From NCBI GenBank assembly GCA_017608625.1, contig JAFCFN010000003.1:3068-67067 (forward strand): 64,000 bases of DNA, in the 5' to 3' direction. The notes below the pieces were generated by a model. It ran no database searches, was not told the DNA's origin, and saw nothing but the letters and a program-made list of their open reading frames with translations. This DNA is from Candidatus Woesearchaeota archaeon (GTDB lineage: Archaea; Nanobdellota; Nanobdellia; Woesearchaeales; JAFCFN01). Positions 30,015 to 39,982 of this stretch are shown here, piece after piece; the first letter of the stretch is position 1; each line of letters begins with the position of its first letter. A program made the translations under genes and the position numbers.

Positions 30015-31388
30015 TTAAGGGTTTTCTATTAATCCATCTTTTTCAGCTCTGGGTAAATAGTGTTCTAGTATAAAATGTTCCTGAGCTTTTGCATCACACC
30101 AAAATCCAGTAGCTATTGCTTGGATAGCAAGTCTTTTACCCTCACAGCTTCTTATATCGATTACTTTTTTTATTTTTTCAATTAAATTTGAGATATGTTC
30201 TTTTCCAAAAATATAAATCATCTGATCAAGTGTTTCTGAGAACTCTCTGTCATTAAAAAGATAGTAATCTTTCTGATATCTTTTCACACGGGTCACACTT
30301 GCTAATTTCTTATGCGCTTTAATTCCAAATTGCTCAGGAAGTTTTGGATTGTAATCTCTTTCAATTTCTTGCAATTCTGAAATATCATGAAAAACCCAAG
30401 GAACTTTTTCATCGATATAAGATTTTATATAGTAATTCATTAAATCTAAATCAAATTTTGAGAATTTGTATTTGTTTTGATGTTGTTTTGCCCACGAAAT
30501 AAAGAATTTTTCTACTTCTAACGCTACTCCTTCTGTTACTACCCCATGACATAAAGAATTATATGTTTCTGGAGCATATCTCAACCCAGAAGGCATATTT
30601 TCTGATATCTTTTCTTCCAAACCATGAGCAAGCTCATGCACACCTATTACAAAAGCAAATGCTCTATTAAAAATATACTCTTTTTCCTTCCCAGCTTTAT
30701 TGTAACAAAATATCTTATCGGGATCAATGGCCATAAGAAAATTATGACCTTCCCAATAACTGAATCCGATATTGCTAGGAGCTAACTCAATCGTATACTC
30801 AGGGTTTTTATCCAGCATTCCCAAACTAACATAAAAGCTATCAACTACTTTTTTGATATCATTTAGTTGAGATTCTAACAAGCCTCTCAATCTAGAATAT
30901 GTTGTTCTTTCGAGAATGATTTCACTATCTAAACTTCTGCTTAAAACAGAATGTAATAAAGCATATTTTTTATGGATAGCCTTATGATCTAGATTTTCAG
31001 GCTTAGCCATGTTAAGAAGTCTTGAATACGCAGCTCTACCAAAAACCTTTGAAAGAAAATTTCCAATAGGCTTATTAACTTTCATATTATAAAAATAGTC
31101 ATCTTCAGCAATAGTTTTTCTAACTGTTGCTTCAATATCCCTCAGAACCAATTCGTCAAAACTTTCTAAATATTGAGTTGAATTATAAATTTTTTTAATT
31201 TCCCTCTGCATCTTCTTCATTAACTTCCTTCTTTTCTCAAGAGTTGTCAAAGAAATAAAAATTTGTGGATCTTCTTTAGTTTGATAATAAAGCATGGATG
31301 TTAATTTATTAAGTTGAATCCTCTGTTTATCTAATTCACTAATTCTTTTATCTTTTATAACCCATCTTTGAGTATATTTCAACTTCAT
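30015..31388 (-). CDS. Hypothetical protein with gluzincin-type metallopeptidase motif
   Basis: HELAH followed downstream by TEGVA. Confidence 0.6.
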   Translation of the reverse strand: MKLKYTQRWVIKDKRISELDKQRIQLNKLTSMLYYQTKEDPQIFISLTTLEKRRKLMKKMQREIKKIYNSTQYLESFDELVLRDIEATVRKTIAEDDYFYNMKVNKPIGNFLSKVFGRAAYSRLLNMAKPENLDHKAIHKKYALLHSVLSRSLDSEIILERTTYSRLRGLLESQLNDIKKVVDSFYVSLGMLDKNPEYTIELAPSNIGFSYWEGHNFLMAIDPDKIFCYNKAGKEKEYIFNRAFAFVIGVHELAHGLEEKISENMPSGLRYAPETYNSLCHGVVTEGVALEVEKFFISWAKQHQNKYKFSKFDLDLMNYYIKSYIDEKVPWVFHDISELQEIERDYNPKLPEQFGIKAHKKLASVTRVKRYQKDYYLFNDREFSETLDQMIYIFGKEHISNLIEKIKKVIDIRSCEGKRLAIQAIATGFWCDAKAQEHFILEHYLPRAEKDGLIENP

Positions 31389-31555
31389 TTTTTATGTTAA
31401 AAATTTACCTAGTTCAAAATGTAGCAAATATTTTATAGCAATTCCAACTAAGAATAGTTTTTTGTCAAAATTTAAATAATTTTCTGTTGATTATCACTTT
31501 CAAGTAGATTTAAATGAACCAATACTCATATAAATCAAAAAAATAAGCAACTCTT

Positions 31556-31918
31556 ATGCAAAACTTACAGGATCATATACACAAACTAAAAATAGCAAAA
31601 AAACTAATCCTAGTGGAGGGTCCAAAAGACAAAAAAGCACTACAAAGACTAGGAGTCAAGAACATAATTACTCTGAAAAAACCTCTTTTTGCTATTGTTG
31701 AAGAGATCTCAGCTAAAACAAAAGAGTGTATTATTTTAACAGACCTTGATAAAAAAGGCAAAGAGCTGTACTCAAAATTATCAAAAGATCTTAAAAAACA
31801 TGGCGTAAAAATAGACAACACATTTAGAAATTTCTTGTTAAAAGAAACAAAACTAAAGCAAATAGAAGGCTTGACATCATATATTAAAAAATTCAGTCAA
31901 AGAAATAACTCTCATTGA
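31556..31918 (+). CDS. Stand-alone TOPRIM domain protein
   Basis: ILVEGPKD, ILTDLDKKG. Confidence 0.9.
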   Translation: MQNLQDHIHKLKIAKKLILVEGPKDKKALQRLGVKNIITLKKPLFAIVEEISAKTKECIILTDLDKKGKELYSKLSKDLKKHGVKIDNTFRNFLLKETKLKQIEGLTSYIKKFSQRNNSH

Positions 31919-32294
31919 TTCTATCACTATTCTTAACTATATCTGTGCTTGTTATTATTCCTACTAATTCATTATTATCAATGACAGGTAACTTTTTTAT
32001 TTTATTCTTTGCCATTAACCATGCTGCATCGTCAATATTAACTTCAGGTTCAGTTGTTATAACTTTCTCAGTCATTATTTCTTTTACTAATACAGAATCT
32101 CCATGCTTACCTTTTGCCTCTACTTTTGATAGTATATCTCTTTCAGTTATTATACCGACAATTCTCTTATCATCCATCACAACTAAACATCCAATATTCT
32201 TTTTAGACATCAAATCTGCAGCCTCTTTAATAGTTGCATCTGGTTTTATTGTTACAGCTTTGTTCATAATTTCTTTAACTTGCATACAGATCAA
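31893..32294 (-). CDS. CBS-pair domain protein
   Basis: VKEIM...GIITERD and VKEIM...GIITSTD. Confidence 0.92.
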   Translation of the reverse strand: MICMQVKEIMNKAVTIKPDATIKEAADLMSKKNIGCLVVMDDKRIVGIITERDILSKVEAKGKHGDSVLVKEIMTEKVITTEPEVNIDDAAWLMAKNKIKKLPVIDNNELVGIITSTDIVKNSDRINESYFFD

Positions 32295-32329
32295 TAATTT
32301 TATAAATCCTTTATTAATCTTTCTTTACT

Positions 32330-33187
32330 ATGTTGAAAAATCAGATTAAAACAGTTTTTTTCTTAGCACTGCTCACTGCTTTATTATTAGGTGTTGGCCA
32401 TTTAATAGCTGGAAGAAATGGCTTAACAATAGCTCTGTTCTTTGCAATTATTATGAATTTTAGTGCTTATTGGTGGTCTGATAAAATTGTTTTAGCAATG
32501 TATAGAGCAAAGCCAGTAACAAAAAATCAAGCACCAAAATTATACAAAATAGTAAAAGAAGTAAGTCAAATGGCAAAAGTACCAATGCCCAAGATTTATA
32601 TTATTCCCACTATGCATAGTAACGCATTCGCAACTGGCAGATCACCAAAACACGCAGCTATTGCATGTACCTTAGGCATTCTTAATTTGCTTAATGAAAA
32701 AGAGTTAAAAGGAGTAATCGCCCATGAAATTTCTCACATTAAAAATAGAGATATTTTAATTTCATCAATTGCAGCAACAATAGCAGGAGTCATATCTTAT
32801 ATTGCAATGATAGCAAGATGGACAGCTATTTTTGGAGGATTTGGAGGCAGAGATAGAGATGGAGGAAATATTTTTGAATTGCTAGTTTTAGCAATAGTAA
32901 CACCAATAATTGCAACTTTAATTCAACTAGCAATATCAAGATCAAGAGAGTATTTAGCAGATGAATCAGCAGCAAGAATACTAAAAGATGGATCAGGACT
33001 AGCTTCAGCCTTAGCAAAACTCTCTGCAGATATAAAACAAAAACCCCTAAGAGCAATGTCAACAACAGAAAGCACAGCACATCTATTTATAGCAAATCCT
33101 TTTAGAGGTGGAGGATTAGTTACCTTGTTCATGACCCATCCACCGATAGAGAAAAGAATTGCTAGACTAAAAGAACTTAAGTTCTAA
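32330..33187 (+). CDS. htpX: Zinc metalloprotease HtpX
   Basis: NAFATG, HEISH, SRSREYLAD, THPP. Confidence 0.95.
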   Translation: MLKNQIKTVFFLALLTALLLGVGHLIAGRNGLTIALFFAIIMNFSAYWWSDKIVLAMYRAKPVTKNQAPKLYKIVKEVSQMAKVPMPKIYIIPTMHSNAFATGRSPKHAAIACTLGILNLLNEKELKGVIAHEISHIKNRDILISSIAATIAGVISYIAMIARWTAIFGGFGGRDRDGGNIFELLVLAIVTPIIATLIQLAISRSREYLADESAARILKDGSGLASALAKLSADIKQKPLRAMSTTESTAHLFIANPFRGGGLVTLFMTHPPIEKRIARLKELKF

Positions 33188-35388
33188 TCTTTATATTCCT
33201 TCTCAACAACGTCTTTAATTGCCCTAGCTTTCTTTGGCCCTATTCCTTCTACTTTTTCTAATTGCTCTTCCTTAGCATTAATTATTTTTCTAACAGTTTT
33301 AAATTTTCTTAATAAAGGCCTTGCTAAGCCTATACCAATCCCAGGCAAACTAGAAATAAAATACTCTTGCTGCTCTTTCAATGTCATTGGCTTCTTGCTT
33401 CCATGAGGGCTAAACTCCCTGCCAATCTCTTCTTGCTCCCTTTTAGCTATCAAATACAAATAAGCTCCAGTTTCCTTATAGTTTCTTGAAAACAAAATAG
33501 GAACACCATAATCGATTGCTATTGAGCTTAACACACCTCTGATAGCATTAGGATGGACATTTCTGATGGAATAAATATCCTCCTCTCCTTCAACAATTAA
33601 CAATGGCCTTTCAAAATTATTCTTTAATTCTTTGATCTGCTGTAATAGTCTTCCATTAACTAAACTATTGACAAAATCACTAACTGTTTTAAACTCAACA
33701 CCAACCCTGCCACTCAATATATAATCTCCAATATCTAATTTCTCAAGCTTAATTTCAACCCCCAAATCAATCAATTCTTTAACAACCTTGTTTGGTTTTT
33801 CCCTGTAATCAACAAATACTATTATTTTATCATCAGGAATAAAAGAATTCAGTGTAACTTCCTTTTTCTTTAAAGCAAGTTTGCTCTTCAAATTTTCCAA
33901 AATTCTGTACATTCTTTTCTCTTTGTGATGTGCAACCCATCTATAAGCAACATCTCTTGTTCCCTCTGTCATTAAAATAATAACTCTTCCTTTTTCCAAT
34001 CTACCTGTTCTACCTTTTCTTTGAATAGTCCTAATTGCAGAAGGAATTGGTTCATAAAAAATAACAAGATCAACCTTTGGAATATCTAAACCTTCTTCAC
34101 CAATAGATGTACAGCATAATACATTAAATTTTCCATCTCTGAATTCTTCTAATACCTTTTTCTGATCTCTTTGACTTAAACCAGTTCCTTGTTTTTTTAA
34201 TTGCCCTACAAATATCTTTGCCTTAACACCTTTAATACTATTCAACTTATTTTGAATATCAATTACATTGTCCCTGTACTGATTAAAGACAATTATTTTG
34301 ATGTTGCTATTGCTCCTAACTTCTTTTTCAACAATTTTTTGCAACTCAATTAATTTTGGATGCTCTACTTTTTCTTTATATAACTGCTCAACTTTAACAA
34401 ATGCTTTTTTAAAATTAACATCTTCTGTAATGTTTTTAGATGCCTTTACTTTACCCTTACTTGCTTCGCTCATTAATTTCTCAAAATATCTATACAATGC
34501 AACTATTCCTTGTGTTTCTAATAACTCTAAAGCATAATAAATCTTAAAAACCTCTGCCAACAAAGAAATTCCTTGCCACAAAACAACATTCTTTTCTCCT
34601 CTAGCTATTCTTCCTGATAAGGCTCCTTGCATAGCCAACAACTCTTTCTTGCTTATGGAGGAGATATTAGTACTTCTTACAATTTTCAGTTCTTTTAATT
34701 TTTTCAGTCTATCTTTTAAAAAATCCTTCAAACATTTCTGCACATCCAAAAAAGGAGCAGGCAGTTTAACAGTTCTCCACTCCATCCTGATTTCTTGAAT
34801 ATAAGGTTGCACATCTAAGCTACTATAAGTTCTTGCCTCAATAGCTTCTATAAACAAATTAGAACAAATCTCTTTTATCTTCTCTAAATCAGAGCCAGGA
34901 GAAGCAGTTAAAGCAATGATTCTTGGATATTTTGCTAGTTTTTGATATTGTTTAGCAACAAAAACATAAGCATAATCACCAACAGCCCTATGCGCTTCAT
35001 CTACACCTAATAAAGAAACATCCTCCAAATTAATTCGTCTGCTTATAATATCATTCTCCAAACCTTGAGGAGTTGAGAAAATAATAGTTGCTTTTTTCCA
35101 TAACTCAGCTCTTTTTTCAGGCTTAACAGCACCTGTAAAAATAGCATATTTTTCTTTATCAAGATCAAAATGTTTTAGAAAAACCTGATAATACTGCTCT
35201 ATAAGAGGTCTTGTTGGACCAATAAATAATATTTTGCTTTTGGGATATAACTTTAGTCTATGGCTAGCCAACATTAAAAAGATAGCAGTCTTACCCATCC
35301 CAGTTGGCAATACAACTAAAGTATTTTTACTAGTACAGGTAGCTAGAATAGTCTCCTGATACAATCTAGGTTTGAAATTCTTGATCAT
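33184..35388 (-). CDS. hef: Hef / FANCM-XPF helicase-nuclease
   Basis: LPTGMGKT, DEAH, TAS, QRKGRTGR; ERCC4 GDY...EFK; HhH tail. Confidence 0.93.
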   Translation of the reverse strand: MIKNFKPRLYQETILATCTSKNTLVVLPTGMGKTAIFLMLASHRLKLYPKSKILFIGPTRPLIEQYYQVFLKHFDLDKEKYAIFTGAVKPEKRAELWKKATIIFSTPQGLENDIISRRINLEDVSLLGVDEAHRAVGDYAYVFVAKQYQKLAKYPRIIALTASPGSDLEKIKEICSNLFIEAIEARTYSSLDVQPYIQEIRMEWRTVKLPAPFLDVQKCLKDFLKDRLKKLKELKIVRSTNISSISKKELLAMQGALSGRIARGEKNVVLWQGISLLAEVFKIYYALELLETQGIVALYRYFEKLMSEASKGKVKASKNITEDVNFKKAFVKVEQLYKEKVEHPKLIELQKIVEKEVRSNSNIKIIVFNQYRDNVIDIQNKLNSIKGVKAKIFVGQLKKQGTGLSQRDQKKVLEEFRDGKFNVLCCTSIGEEGLDIPKVDLVIFYEPIPSAIRTIQRKGRTGRLEKGRVIILMTEGTRDVAYRWVAHHKEKRMYRILENLKSKLALKKKEVTLNSFIPDDKIIVFVDYREKPNKVVKELIDLGVEIKLEKLDIGDYILSGRVGVEFKTVSDFVNSLVNGRLLQQIKELKNNFERPLLIVEGEEDIYSIRNVHPNAIRGVLSSIAIDYGVPILFSRNYKETGAYLYLIAKREQEEIGREFSPHGSKKPMTLKEQQEYFISSLPGIGIGLARPLLRKFKTVRKIINAKEEQLEKVEGIGPKKARAIKDVVEKEYKD

Positions 35389-35452
35389 TTAATCCTCATT
35401 TGATTAGTCTCAAAATCTACCTTTAAATATTTAACGAAGGTTCACTCATAAT

Positions 35453-36184
35453 TTATGAAAAAAATCTCTCAAAGAAAATATAATACAGCAACCAAATAAA
35501 AACAGCTACTCCTAGTGAGCCAATCACAGCTGTAGAAATATTAGTTAAAAACAATAGAACAGAACATCCTCCTATTAAGCCCAGAGAAAAAAGATATAAC
35601 AACCTGCTACCAATCCAAATCCTAAATCCTTCTAAAGGAGGAATCGGCAGCATGCTAAATACAGCTAATAATACATTAATAACCATTGCTTTATGCAATA
35701 GTGAACTTGCTGATACAAACATTAAAGCTTTAAACAAAATTGCCAAAACTACATTAGCCAATAAACCTGTTAAAGCAACCAAAGCAACCTCAAATCTATT
35801 TAACCCATACCATAGCTTTCCCAACCTTAACCGCTTTATCATGTAAACAACAATCCCTCCTGGAATTAATAAAAACAATAAACCATTTGATATAAAAACC
35901 AAGATTAAACCTATTAATAAACCATAAAAGCTCATCTTCCATTCAAGTCTGTAACCCCTTCTTAATGCTTCTATCTTTTCTACACTTACTCTAACTAATA
36001 AAGCCAAAGCAACAATTATTGCAGAATTAAACAAATTTTTCAAACCATAAATCCAATCAAACTTATTTATTCCCCACTCTCTAAATGAAAGAATAAATGC
36101 TATGATAAATGTTGCTATTATAATTCCTTTGATTTCATCAGAATTAAAACCAAAATATTCTTTTATTCTACTAGTTAATTCCAT
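35453..36184 (-). CDS. Site-2-protease (M50)-like membrane protein lacking catalytic motifs
   Basis: M50 topology, ALTGLLAN, SMLPIPPLEG, but no HExxH. Confidence 0.7.
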   Translation of the reverse strand: MELTSRIKEYFGFNSDEIKGIIIATFIIAFILSFREWGINKFDWIYGLKNLFNSAIIVALALLVRVSVEKIEALRRGYRLEWKMSFYGLLIGLILVFISNGLLFLLIPGGIVVYMIKRLRLGKLWYGLNRFEVALVALTGLLANVVLAILFKALMFVSASSLLHKAMVINVLLAVFSMLPIPPLEGFRIWIGSRLLYLFSLGLIGGCSVLLFLTNISTAVIGSLGVAVFIWLLYYIFFERFFS

Positions 36185-36191
36185 TTTCTAA

Positions 36192-36872
36192 TTAATGCTT
36201 TTGTTTCTTTAAATAGTTTTTCTTTATTAAATCAATCATTTCCTCTTCATGCCCAGCCCCGATTATACCTAAAATCAACTTTTTGGGATTTTCTTTCATT
36301 ATATTATAAAAATTTCTTGCCATAACATCATTTCTTTCCTTAACCAGAACCTTGTAAACATTAGGATATCTTTTTTTAACATCATTCATTAACTTTTTAA
36401 TAGTAGCTTTACTAGGCACCTTTGTTAAATCAAAAGCAATTTTTTTCCTTTTAAAAGGAGCAGTTAGAATATCAATCAAGAAATTAATCTTCTCTTTAAA
36501 ACTAAATTCTTGAGAAAATCTTCTTAGAGTAATCTCAATGTCCTGATCAACTAAAGCAATCTTTTTTTTCTTAGCTTTAGCTAGTTTAGTAGCCATTAAC
36601 ATTTCAGATCCAGGTTTCACTCCAACATATTTCCCCAATCTTGCTTCAACCCACGCACCAATTAACTGGAAAAGAAAACCTTTAAGCCCTACTCTTTTAA
36701 TATCAACTAACTTTGGTTGTTTCCTTTTATGAACCAAAGCAGAAAATCTTCTCTTATCAAGCTCCAAAGCAATTATATGAGGATTCTTTTCAAGAATAAC
36801 TTTCTTTACATCCTCTATACTTTGCTTTGCTATATGACTTGTTCCTATTAATATCAGATTCTTGTACTTCAT
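36192..36872 (-). CDS. TraB family protein
   Basis: IGTSH, ALELD..R, PGSEM, DQDIEITL, ERN, GAGH. Confidence 0.9.
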   Translation of the reverse strand: MKYKNLILIGTSHIAKQSIEDVKKVILEKNPHIIALELDKRRFSALVHKRKQPKLVDIKRVGLKGFLFQLIGAWVEARLGKYVGVKPGSEMLMATKLAKAKKKKIALVDQDIEITLRRFSQEFSFKEKINFLIDILTAPFKRKKIAFDLTKVPSKATIKKLMNDVKKRYPNVYKVLVKERNDVMARNFYNIMKENPKKLILGIIGAGHEEEMIDLIKKNYLKKQKH

Positions 36873-36978
36873 AGCTTTAAAAAATATAAAAACATTTTAT
36901 AAAGTTTTGCTAAAAACCCTTAAAAAACAAAAAATATATATATCCTAAGCCTTCTTACTATATTATCATATTAAAAAG

Positions 36979-37266
36979 GTGGTTAGCATGTTAAGATTAA
37001 AGAAAATATCTGAAACATATGATATGAAGGTTTTTACTGATGATGGAGAATTTTTTGGAGAAGTAGAAGAGAGTATTCTGACAAAAAATAAAGTATCTGG
37101 TTGGAGAATAAAAGCAACAAAAAACTCTTTCTTAAGCAAAGTGCTTGGTTCAGCAAAAGGAGTTATTGTACCTCACCAACTAGTTAAATCAGTTGGAGAT
37201 ATAATGATAATCTCAAAAGCAGCTGTCCCAAGTTATGAAGCAGAAGAAGAAAAAGCTGTCGAATAA
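36979..37266 (+). CDS. PRC-barrel domain protein
   Basis: VFTDDGEFFGEVE...VIVPHQLVKSVGDIMII. Confidence 0.88.
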   Translation: MVSMLRLKKISETYDMKVFTDDGEFFGEVEESILTKNKVSGWRIKATKNSFLSKVLGSAKGVIVPHQLVKSVGDIMIISKAAVPSYEAEEEKAVE

Positions 37267-37301
37267 AATTTATTAATTCTTTCTTTTTCATTATTTAATA
37301 T

Positions 37302-37455
37302 ACGGCTGTGATCTAGTGACCTGTAAGCTATTAAGCTTACTCGCTAGAAGCAAGATTCGAGCTTCCCATTAGCCAAAAGCTAGAATAGAAAAAGCTCGCT
37401 ACCCGGGTTCGAACTAGCAAAGCTCAGCTTTGCTTTGAAACTCCCGGCAGCCGTA
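37302..37455 (+). tRNA. tRNA-Gly(CCC) with three introns (37319-37349 D-loop, 37369-37392 canonical 37/38, 37414-37441 T-loop)
   Basis: Spliced 71-nt product folds as a cloverleaf: ACGGCTG/CAGCCGT, ATCT/AGAT, CGAGC/GCTCG around TT-CCC-AA, CCGGG/CCCGG around TTCGAAT. Confidence 0.85.
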
Positions 37456-37469
37456 TATTTTCTTTACCT

Positions 37470-37670
37470 TTATAAAGGAACTAAATTATCAACAGCCTGA
37501 CTCAACTCAGCTAATTTCTGTTTTAACTCTTCAACTACATCATCTTCTATCTTCTTAACACCACCCTCTACTTCTTCTAAATTCCAAACCTCAATCCAAT
37601 TAATCAAATCTCTTATCTTATGTTGTACTTCTTTTAATTTTTCTTCAGAAACCTCAGCCACGATTTTCAC
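37470..37670 (-). CDS. Small acidic helical hypothetical protein
   Basis: ORF directly downstream of pcn. Confidence 0.6.
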   Translation of the reverse strand: MKIVAEVSEEKLKEVQHKIRDLINWIEVWNLEEVEGGVKKIEDDVVEELKQKLAELSQAVDNLVPL

Positions 37671-37680
37671 CTCTTTTTAT

Positions 37681-38424
37681 TTATTCATTCTCAACTCTTG
37701 GAGCCAAAATAAAACTCAATAACATTTTGTCAACAGCTTTAAAATCCAATCTCAAAGGATAATCATTATTGAATAAAATTGAAACCTTTTCAGCTAGTTT
37801 TCCTCCAATAACCATCTTTTTTAAATACTCTATACTATATTTAGCTTTAATCTTTCCAGACTCTTTCATATTGATCTGAGTATCTACATCTTGTTTAACT
37901 TCAATACTGGCTTTGCTTAACTCTCCTTGAGCCTGTATTGTAAATTTCTTTGGCTCAGCAATAAAACTTACACTCTCTCCAACAATATCAGCATCATCTA
38001 TTGCATCCATTAAAATAGATGAATTAGTTTTAATCTCTACTGGGAAGCTTAATTCGGGTATTTTCTGTTCTTTTTCTTCCAAATCAATTACTGGTAAAAA
38101 GAATGTTCTTATTGTATTACTTTTTAACTGGATCTTTAGTCTGTTCTCAACCAACTCCAAGCTTAAAATATCATTCGCCTTAGCTCTCTTTAAAATCTGC
38201 TTTAAATTATTCAAATTTATTCCTATCTCAATCTCCTTCTCAACATTATACTCGCTAAAAGAAGAGCTAAGTAACTTAAAAATAACCATTGCAACATTAG
38301 CAGGATCCATTGCAACTAGCTCTACAGCAGAAGGAGTTATCTTAAATCTTCCCTCATTAACTAACTCAGATATAATAGCTACACTCTCTTTAAGATATTT
38401 AGGTTCAATTAAAACTAGCTTCAT
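37681..38424 (-). CDS. pcn: DNA sliding clamp PCNA
   Basis: AMDPANVAM, YSIEYL, FILAPRVE. Confidence 0.96.
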   Translation of the reverse strand: MKLVLIEPKYLKESVAIISELVNEGRFKITPSAVELVAMDPANVAMVIFKLLSSSFSEYNVEKEIEIGINLNNLKQILKRAKANDILSLELVENRLKIQLKSNTIRTFFLPVIDLEEKEQKIPELSFPVEIKTNSSILMDAIDDADIVGESVSFIAEPKKFTIQAQGELSKASIEVKQDVDTQINMKESGKIKAKYSIEYLKKMVIGGKLAEKVSILFNNDYPLRLDFKAVDKMLLSFILAPRVENE

Positions 38425-38476
38425 TTTACCCCCTATTTTTATGAAATCTATCTAGTATATAAGTTTTATTATTCTA

Positions 38477-39817
38477 CTAAACCAACTTTAATCTTTCTCC
38501 ATTATGAAGCAAATGTACTGTTTTGCCTTTTTTATACCCCAATTCAACAGCAAGGTCAATTAAACCCTGTTTTTTCTCATCATCAGCATGAGCAGGAATT
38601 ATGTGTTCTGGTTTTATCATTTCTAATAAATCTCTATCATCTTCCCTAGCAGCATGGCCAGAAACATGAACATCAGTAAATATCCTAACTCCTAACTTCT
38701 TCAAACTTTTTTCTAAATGTTCTCTATTCTGAATATTTAGTTTTGTTGGAATTACCCTGCAAGAAAATACAACAATATCTCCTGGATAAAGATTGAATGG
38801 CAATTCTTTACTAGCTATTCCTGATAAAACAGCCTTTGGCTCTCCTTGATGACCTGTTACAATTAGTAGATACTTTTCTCTTCCACGTTTTTCTATCTTC
38901 TTTAGCTTTTTCTTGATCTGATTCCTGTACTTTACTATTTCTGCATCCTTTCTTAGATTAATAATTCCTATTTCTTCTCCAGCCCCAATATACTTGGCAA
39001 GACTCCTACCAAGAAATACAATTTTCCTTTTTAGCTGTTTTCCGCACTTTACTATACTTCTTAACCTTGCCAAGTGACTAGAAAATGTAGTTACTATAAT
39101 TAACTTACCTTTGGTTTCAGTACCTAATAAAACATCTCTTAGCATATCTTTTGCAACTAATTCAGAAGGAGTTTTCATCGCATCTTTACTGTATATTGAA
39201 TCAGAAATCAAAACCTTAACATTCTTCAACTCCTTTAGTCTCTCAAAATTAGGTTTTTTTCCTAAAGTTGGATTATTGTCAAATTTAAAGTCATTAGCAT
39301 AAAGAATTATTCCTTCTTTAGTGTGTACTGCTATCATCACTGTTTGAGGTGTGGAGTGTGTAATATTAATAAACTCAATTTTAATATTATCAGAAATTCT
39401 GTAAATGGAGTTTGTATTTAAAATCTTAATCTTATTTCTTAGATTTATTTTTTCATCCTTTAAAATAGACCTTAAAACAGCACCTGTATAAGGAGTACAA
39501 AGAATTTCAGCTTTTTTGAATCTATGCGCCAAAAAAGGTATTGCTCCTATGTGATCAAGATGAGCATGTGTGGTGATTATTGCCTTAACATCACCTTTTA
39601 GTTCTTTAATAACAGATACATCAGGCGCTGCTCCCACCTCTATTAATCTTGATCCAGATATAAATCTTAACTCCTCTCTTTCTTCTTCTGTATATTTAAT
39701 ATAATTTTCAAGATGTAACCCAAGATCAAGAATTATAATTTCATTATTAATTTTTATAGCAGTGCAATTCTTTCCAACTTCATTATAGCCACCAACTGTA
39801 CAGATTTCTATTGTCAT
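38477..39817 (-). CDS. rnj: RNase J-family beta-CASP ribonuclease
   Basis: GGYNEVGKN, THAHLDHIG, TGHQGEP, HVSGHA. Confidence 0.93.
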   Translation of the reverse strand: MTIEICTVGGYNEVGKNCTAIKINNEIIILDLGLHLENYIKYTEEEREELRFISGSRLIEVGAAPDVSVIKELKGDVKAIITTHAHLDHIGAIPFLAHRFKKAEILCTPYTGAVLRSILKDEKINLRNKIKILNTNSIYRISDNIKIEFINITHSTPQTVMIAVHTKEGIILYANDFKFDNNPTLGKKPNFERLKELKNVKVLISDSIYSKDAMKTPSELVAKDMLRDVLLGTETKGKLIIVTTFSSHLARLRSIVKCGKQLKRKIVFLGRSLAKYIGAGEEIGIINLRKDAEIVKYRNQIKKKLKKIEKRGREKYLLIVTGHQGEPKAVLSGIASKELPFNLYPGDIVVFSCRVIPTKLNIQNREHLEKSLKKLGVRIFTDVHVSGHAAREDDRDLLEMIKPEHIIPAHADDEKKQGLIDLAVELGYKKGKTVHLLHNGERLKLV

Positions 39818-39825
39818 TTTATTGA

Positions 39826-39946
39826 TGCGGGGAGGAGGATTCGAACCCCCGTAGGCACTAAGCCAACAGGTCTCTTAGTAAAACACTTGAGCCTGTCCCG
39901 TTTGGCCAGTCCAGCTTGCTTGTAAACAAGTCTCCGGCATCCCCGC
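39826..39946 (-). tRNA. tRNA-Leu(CAA) with two introns (D-loop 39909-39931; anticodon loop 39872-39885)
   Basis: GCGGGGA/TCCCCGC acceptor stem, ACAGG/CCTGT anticodon stem, long variable arm, GGGGG-TTCGAAT-CCTCC. Confidence 0.85.
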
Positions 39947-39982
39947 AAACATAAATAAGAAAGAAACAGTTAGTATAAAAAC

